A DNA stretch of 64,000 nucleotides from Parcubacteria group bacterium M10-OD1-1 (lineage in GTDB: Bacteria > Patescibacteriota > Minisyncoccia > Moranbacterales > UBA2206): the NCBI GenBank assembly GCA_003056145.1, contig LSNL01000003.1, positions 4,345 to 68,344 of the forward strand, in the 5' to 3' direction. Both the position numbers and the translations under genes were made by a program. Each line of letters starts with the position of its first letter. Position 1 is the stretch's first letter. The notes under the pieces were generated by a model that was not told the DNA's origin, made no database searches, and saw only the letters and a list, made by a program, of their open reading frames with translations. Shown one piece after another: positions 59,684 to 64,000 of this stretch.

Positions 59684-60437
59684 AAAAAAGACTTCAGCTG
59701 AAATTAAATTAATGAGAGAAGGAGGGCATCTTTTAGCGGATATTATAGCTAAAATTGGACAAGCAATTATTCCTGGAGAGAATACTGAAAAGCTAGATCA
59801 ATTAGCTGAAGAATTAATTCGTAAACAAGGAGGAGACCCAATTTTTAAAGGGCAAGGAGGACCAGAAAATCCATTTCCGGCCACCATTTGTGCTTCTATC
59901 AATGAAGAAATTGTTCATGGTATACCTCAAAAGAATAAAATTATTCAAACTGGTGATTTAGTAAAAATTGATATTGGAATGCGATATAAAGGGATGGTTA
60001 CTGATATGGCTAGAACTTTTCCGGTAGGAGAAATTTCTTTAGTAGCAAAAAAATTAATTAAAGCTACTCAAGAGGGATTAAATTTAGGTATCAAAACAAT
60101 TAAAGACGGAGCTAAACTAAATGATTATTCTAAAGCTGTGGAGAGCTATGTTAAATCACTGGGTTTTTCAGTAGTGAGAGATTTGGTTGGACATGGGGTA
60201 GGCTACGAGTTGCACGAAGATCCTCAAATTCCTAATTATCAAACTAAAACTAAAGAAATTATTTTCCAAGAAGGAATGACTGTTGCCTTAGAGCCAATGA
60301 TTAATGAGGGAACTTTTAAGATTGATTTTTTAAATGATGGTTGGACTATTGTTACTCAAGATGGAAAACTTTCAGCTCATTTTGAAGATACAGTAGTGGT
60401 TAAAAAAAGGGGAGTAGAAATTTTAACTAGAAATTAA
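59676..60437 (+). CDS. map: type I methionine aminopeptidase
   Basis: 253 aa with metal ligands in the D...D...H...E...E pattern (VHGIP, DIGMRYKGMVTDMARTF). Confidence 0.85.
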   Translation: MIRKKTSAEIKLMREGGHLLADIIAKIGQAIIPGENTEKLDQLAEELIRKQGGDPIFKGQGGPENPFPATICASINEEIVHGIPQKNKIIQTGDLVKIDIGMRYKGMVTDMARTFPVGEISLVAKKLIKATQEGLNLGIKTIKDGAKLNDYSKAVESYVKSLGFSVVRDLVGHGVGYELHEDPQIPNYQTKTKEIIFQEGMTVALEPMINEGTFKIDFLNDGWTIVTQDGKLSAHFEDTVVVKKRGVEILTRN

Positions 60438-60476
60438 AGGATAGAGTTATTTTTCAGTTATTTTTTAGTCAACTTT

Positions 60477-60875
60477 ATGGCAGAAGCTAATACTTATTTG
60501 GGAATAGATTATGGTTTATCTAAGGTAGGATTATCCTTAGCTGATGACGAAACTAGGATGGCTTTTTCTTATGGAATGATTTTAAATGATAAAAATTTTA
60601 TTCAAAATCTTTTAGCTATTATTAAAAAAGAAAAAGTCAAAAAAATTATTATTGGCATTCCTTATTATTTGAAAAAAAATATAATTTATGAGGGAGAAAA
60701 GCTTAAAAAAACATTAGAATTATTAATTGATGTAAGGATAGAATTTCAAGATGAAATGTTTACTACTAAAATTGCTCAAAGTAATCTTAAAGCTCAGGGC
60801 TTAAAAAAACTTAATCAAATAGATGATCAAGAATCTGCTAGAATTATTCTTCAGAGTTGGTTAGATAAAAAGTAA
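60477..60875 (+). CDS. ruvX: Holliday-junction resolvase-like RuvX/YqgF (putative pre-16S rRNA nuclease)
   Basis: 132 aa. N-terminal LGIDYGLSKVGLSLAD, which is the RNase H-like YqgF signature. Confidence 0.6.
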   Translation: MAEANTYLGIDYGLSKVGLSLADDETRMAFSYGMILNDKNFIQNLLAIIKKEKVKKIIIGIPYYLKKNIIYEGEKLKKTLELLIDVRIEFQDEMFTTKIAQSNLKAQGLKKLNQIDDQESARIILQSWLDKK

Positions 60876-60998
60876 AAATTAAAGGACTTTGGGCAATAAT
60901 TATTTTTGTGTTATAATTAAAACGCTTTATAATTAGCTTAAAATTAAATTAATTATAAATCAAAGCAACTGCTTAATTAATTTATTAAAACAAGAAAA

Positions 60999-61751
60999 AT
61001 GGAAAACATTCCTTATTTATCAGTTATTGTTCCTTCTTATAAAGAAGGTCAGCGAATTGGAGATAATCTTTTAGAAATAGAAAAATATTTAAATTCTCAG
61101 GATTATAGCTATGAAGTTTTAGTAGTCGTGGATGGTTCTCCTGATAATACAGCAGAAGTAGCTAGGAGTTTTCAGCATAAAGTAAAAAATTTAAGAGTAA
61201 TTGATAATCCAGAAAATCATGGTAAGGGTTATGTAGTTCGACAAGGTTTGTTAGCAGCAAAAGGTCAATACAGATTATTTTTAGACGCTGATGGCTCTAC
61301 CTCTATTAAACACCTAGATGTTTTTTTACCAGAGCTTAAAAAAGGTTTTGATGTAGTGATTGGTTCACGAGACATTCAAGGCGCTTATATTCAAGTTCAC
61401 CAACCAAAATATAGAGAAATTATGGGTAGTATGGGCAATTGGTTAATTAGAATTGTCTTAGGTCTTTGGACTTATCCTGATACTCAATGTGGTTTCAAAA
61501 TGCTTAATGCTAAGGCAGCTGAGGCTATTGCTAAACGAATGGTTGTTGACCGATTTGGTTTTGATTTTGAAATGATTATTTTAGCTAAAAAACTAGATTT
61601 TAAAATTAAACAAATGCCAGTTAGGTGGTTAAATGAAGAGGGCTCAACTGTTGGATTGACTGGACCAAATGGATTTATTCAAGTAATTATTGATTTATTT
61701 AAAACTAAAGGAAGATTATTATCAGAAAAATATCAAATAAAAGAAAAATAA
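60999..61751 (+). CDS. family 2 glycosyltransferase (polyprenyl-phosphate hexosyltransferase-like)
   Basis: 250 aa. N-terminal YLSVIVPSYKE, DxD region LDADGS, and the GT-A fold. Confidence 0.65.
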   Translation: MENIPYLSVIVPSYKEGQRIGDNLLEIEKYLNSQDYSYEVLVVVDGSPDNTAEVARSFQHKVKNLRVIDNPENHGKGYVVRQGLLAAKGQYRLFLDADGSTSIKHLDVFLPELKKGFDVVIGSRDIQGAYIQVHQPKYREIMGSMGNWLIRIVLGLWTYPDTQCGFKMLNAKAAEAIAKRMVVDRFGFDFEMIILAKKLDFKIKQMPVRWLNEEGSTVGLTGPNGFIQVIIDLFKTKGRLLSEKYQIKEK

Positions 61752-61835
61752 AATGTAGATTAGTTAGGAAAATATTAGTCTAAATAGTTTTCCAAAAACT
61801 TCTAAAAGAAGAAGTCAACGAAAAATAAATACAAA

Positions 61836-62900
61836 ATGAGCGAGCAAAAATCAAAAGAAAAAAAAATTAAAATCGAATCTAACGAAAAATCAAAACTGAA
61901 ATCAAAATTAACAGAGTTAAGACAAGATTTAGTAACTGGAGATTGGGTAGTTATTGCAACTAGTCGGGCTAAGCGTCCGGAAGATTTTGCTAGGCAAAAA
62001 AGAAAAGAAATAGAAGAAAGCACTGAACATCAATGTTATTTTTGTTATCCTGAAGAAACTGGGCAAGAAAAAGATGTTTTAATTTATCAAGATAGCTATA
62101 AAGAATGGACATTGAGAGTGTTCCCTAATAAATATCCAGCTTTCATCCGAGGCAAAAGAGTAAAACACTTTGAGGAGGGTCCTTATTTTGGAATGGATGG
62201 AGTGGGTTACCACGAAATAGTAGTTACTAGAGATCATCAAAAGCAGATTGCTAATTTAGAAGTTTTAGCGGTAATGGAAATAATTGATGCTTATCAAGAC
62301 CGTTATATTAGCTTGATGAATAGAAAAAGTGTTAATTATATTGAAATTTTTCATAATCACGGGCAAGAAGCGGGAGCTTCAATTAATCATCCACATTCTC
62401 AGATAATGGCTATCCCTGTTATTTCTCCTTATGTACAACTAGAGCTCAAGGGAGCAGAAAATTATCATAAAAATAACAAGTATTGCGTTTATTGTGCTAT
62501 AATTAAATGGGAGCAAGAGAGTAGACAAAGAATTATTTTTGAAAATGATGATTTCTTAGTTTTTTGTCCTTATGCTTCTAGAGCGGCTTTTGAAGTTTGG
62601 GTAATACCTAAGAAACATCAGCCTTATTTTGAAAGGATGGGAAAGAAGGAGAAGTTTCAATTAGCTGAAGCTCTACAAATAGCGATTAAAAAAATTTATA
62701 CAGCTTTAGGAGATCCAGCGTATAATTTTTATCTTCATACTGCTCCTTGTGATGGAAGAGATTATCCTCATTTCCATTGGCATATTGAGATTTTGCCTCG
62801 TACTTCAATTTGGGCAGGCTTTGAACTCTCTACTGGAATTGAAATTTCCACTATTGAACCAGAAGTAGCCGCTCAATATTTAAAAAATATAGAGGATTAG
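61836..62900 (+). CDS. galT: galactose-1-phosphate uridylyltransferase (GalT) family protein with K-rich N-extension
   Basis: 354 aa. Zn site CYFCYPEE and active-site HPHSQI (the HxHxQ motif). Confidence 0.55.
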   Translation: MSEQKSKEKKIKIESNEKSKLKSKLTELRQDLVTGDWVVIATSRAKRPEDFARQKRKEIEESTEHQCYFCYPEETGQEKDVLIYQDSYKEWTLRVFPNKYPAFIRGKRVKHFEEGPYFGMDGVGYHEIVVTRDHQKQIANLEVLAVMEIIDAYQDRYISLMNRKSVNYIEIFHNHGQEAGASINHPHSQIMAIPVISPYVQLELKGAENYHKNNKYCVYCAIIKWEQESRQRIIFENDDFLVFCPYASRAAFEVWVIPKKHQPYFERMGKKEKFQLAEALQIAIKKIYTALGDPAYNFYLHTAPCDGRDYPHFHWHIEILPRTSIWAGFELSTGIEISTIEPEVAAQYLKNIED

Positions 62901-62946
62901 AAATTGAAAAAGAAAGCAACCTTGTTTTTTATCAATATTTTTTTGA

Positions 62947-63462
62947 TTGAGTGGTTTAATTATTTTTTTTATGCAAAGTTTAATTATTTCCTATTTCTCT
63001 AATTTTCCCAAAGAGTGGGCAGTTTTTTTCTTGTCTATGATTCCTATCACAGAACTGCGGGCAACTATTCCTTTAGCAATTACCCAATTTGGAATGACCC
63101 CCTTAACAGTATTTTTTTATGCGGTAATGGGTAATACAATTATGGGAGCTTTAGTAATTTCAATAGTAGAACCGATTACTAAGTTAGCTATTAACAAAGT
63201 TAGCTTTTTACGTCGCTTTTGGGAGCACTATATTAATAGAATTGTTACTAATAATCAAAACAAGTTTGAAAAATGGGGAGCATTAGCTTTGATTACTTTT
63301 ATTGCTATCCCTTTACCAATGACAGGCGCTTTTACTGGAGCGGTCGCCGCTTCTATTTTTCGTGTTCCTTTTAAAAAGGCTGTACCAGTAATTTTTATCG
63401 GTTGTGCTATTGCTGGCATTATTGTAACGATGTTGACTTTATGGATTGGTAAAATGGCATAA
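62947..63462 (+). CDS. hypothetical integral membrane protein
   Basis: 171 aa with 4-5 predicted transmembrane helices. No family recognised. Confidence 0.4.
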   Translation: MSGLIIFFMQSLIISYFSNFPKEWAVFFLSMIPITELRATIPLAITQFGMTPLTVFFYAVMGNTIMGALVISIVEPITKLAINKVSFLRRFWEHYINRIVTNNQNKFEKWGALALITFIAIPLPMTGAFTGAVAASIFRVPFKKAVPVIFIGCAIAGIIVTMLTLWIGKMA

Positions 63463-63547
63463 TTTAAAAGATAAAAAAACAATAAATAACTAAAAGAAGA
63501 TAATTCTTAAGTTGAATAAATTTATTTTGATAAACTAATGAAAAATT

Positions 63548-64000
63548 ATGAATAAACTAATTGTAGGAAATTTAAAAATGAATTTATTGAGTATTGATGA
63601 GCGAGAACAATATCTCAATTTGTTTAAAAGAGAGTTAAAAGGTAAAAAATTGGAGAAAGTGGATTTATTATTAGCTCCTCCTTTTGTGCATTTAGAAGGA
63701 TTTAAAAAAGCTAAAATAAAAAATTTATCTCTCGGGGCTCAAAATATGTTTTGGGAGAAAAAAGGTTCTTTTACAGGAGAAATATCTCCGAGTATGCTAA
63801 AAAATCTAGGCAATGATTTTGTTATTTTAGGTCATAGCGAAAGAAGAAAATATTTTCAAGAAAATGATCAGACTATTAATTTAAAAGTTCAAATAGCCTT
63901 AAAAGAAGGATTACGTCCTATCCTTTGTGTCGGAGAAACTGGAGAAGAGAAAGAAGCTAATAAAACTTTAACTGTTATCAAAAGAGAAATTAAAAACGCT
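63548..64000 (+). CDS. tpiA: triosephosphate isomerase (N-terminal part; runs off window)
   Basis: Not in the ORF track because there is no stop in the window. Translation gives MNKLIVGNLKMN...LGAQNMFWEKKGSFTGEISPSMLKNLGNDFVILGHSERR...ILCVGE, with the TIM catalytic motifs. Confidence 0.8.
   Translation, partial: MNKLIVGNLKMNLLSIDEREQYLNLFKRELKGKKLEKVDLLLAPPFVHLEGFKKAKIKNLSLGAQNMFWEKKGSFTGEISPSMLKNLGNDFVILGHSERRKYFQENDQTINLKVQIALKEGLRPILCVGETGEEKEANKTLTVIKREIKNA

Overview
This window is a low-GC genome segment with Candidate Phyla Radiation (CPR / Patescibacteria)-like features. It has small proteins with K-rich extensions, no L30 between S5 and L15, and tandem pilin-like genes. It carries the housekeeping backbone infB-rbfA (minus strand), nusA, ppaC, tig, clpP, gpmI, rny, hup, rpoB-rpoC, ftsK, recA, ndk, trxB, and a complete rpsL-rpsG-fusA-tuf-S10...L15-secY-adk-map ribosomal supercluster, ending in a partial tpiA. 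Three tRNAs are present: Ser-CGA on the minus strand, and Pro-UGG and Gly-UCC on the plus strand. Three short inserts of visibly higher GC interrupt this backbone. Insert A (~5040-8220) lies beside tRNA-Ser and holds a ~1.2-1.4 kb tract packed with perfect 9-13 bp hairpins every ~30-60 nt. This is far beyond chance and atypical of coding DNA, so I flag it as a candidate large structured RNA or hairpin-array element of unknown function and the main novelty candidate. Insert A also has a repeated 17-20 nt motif, a putative sRNA with an intrinsic terminator, and two doubtful ORFs. Insert B (~22040-23960) sits downstream of tRNA-Pro/tRNA-Gly and encodes two secreted proteins of unknown function. 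Insert C (~38740-39650), between recA and ndk, is a lipoprotein gene with a near-consensus sigma70 promoter. Other points are a four-gene tandem array of TrbC/VirB2-like pilin-family paralogs with Cys-rich or Thr/Asn-rich N-domains, an unlisted rpmB (L28) on the minus strand overlapping a 15-nt tandem repeat, and several intrinsic terminators and promoters.
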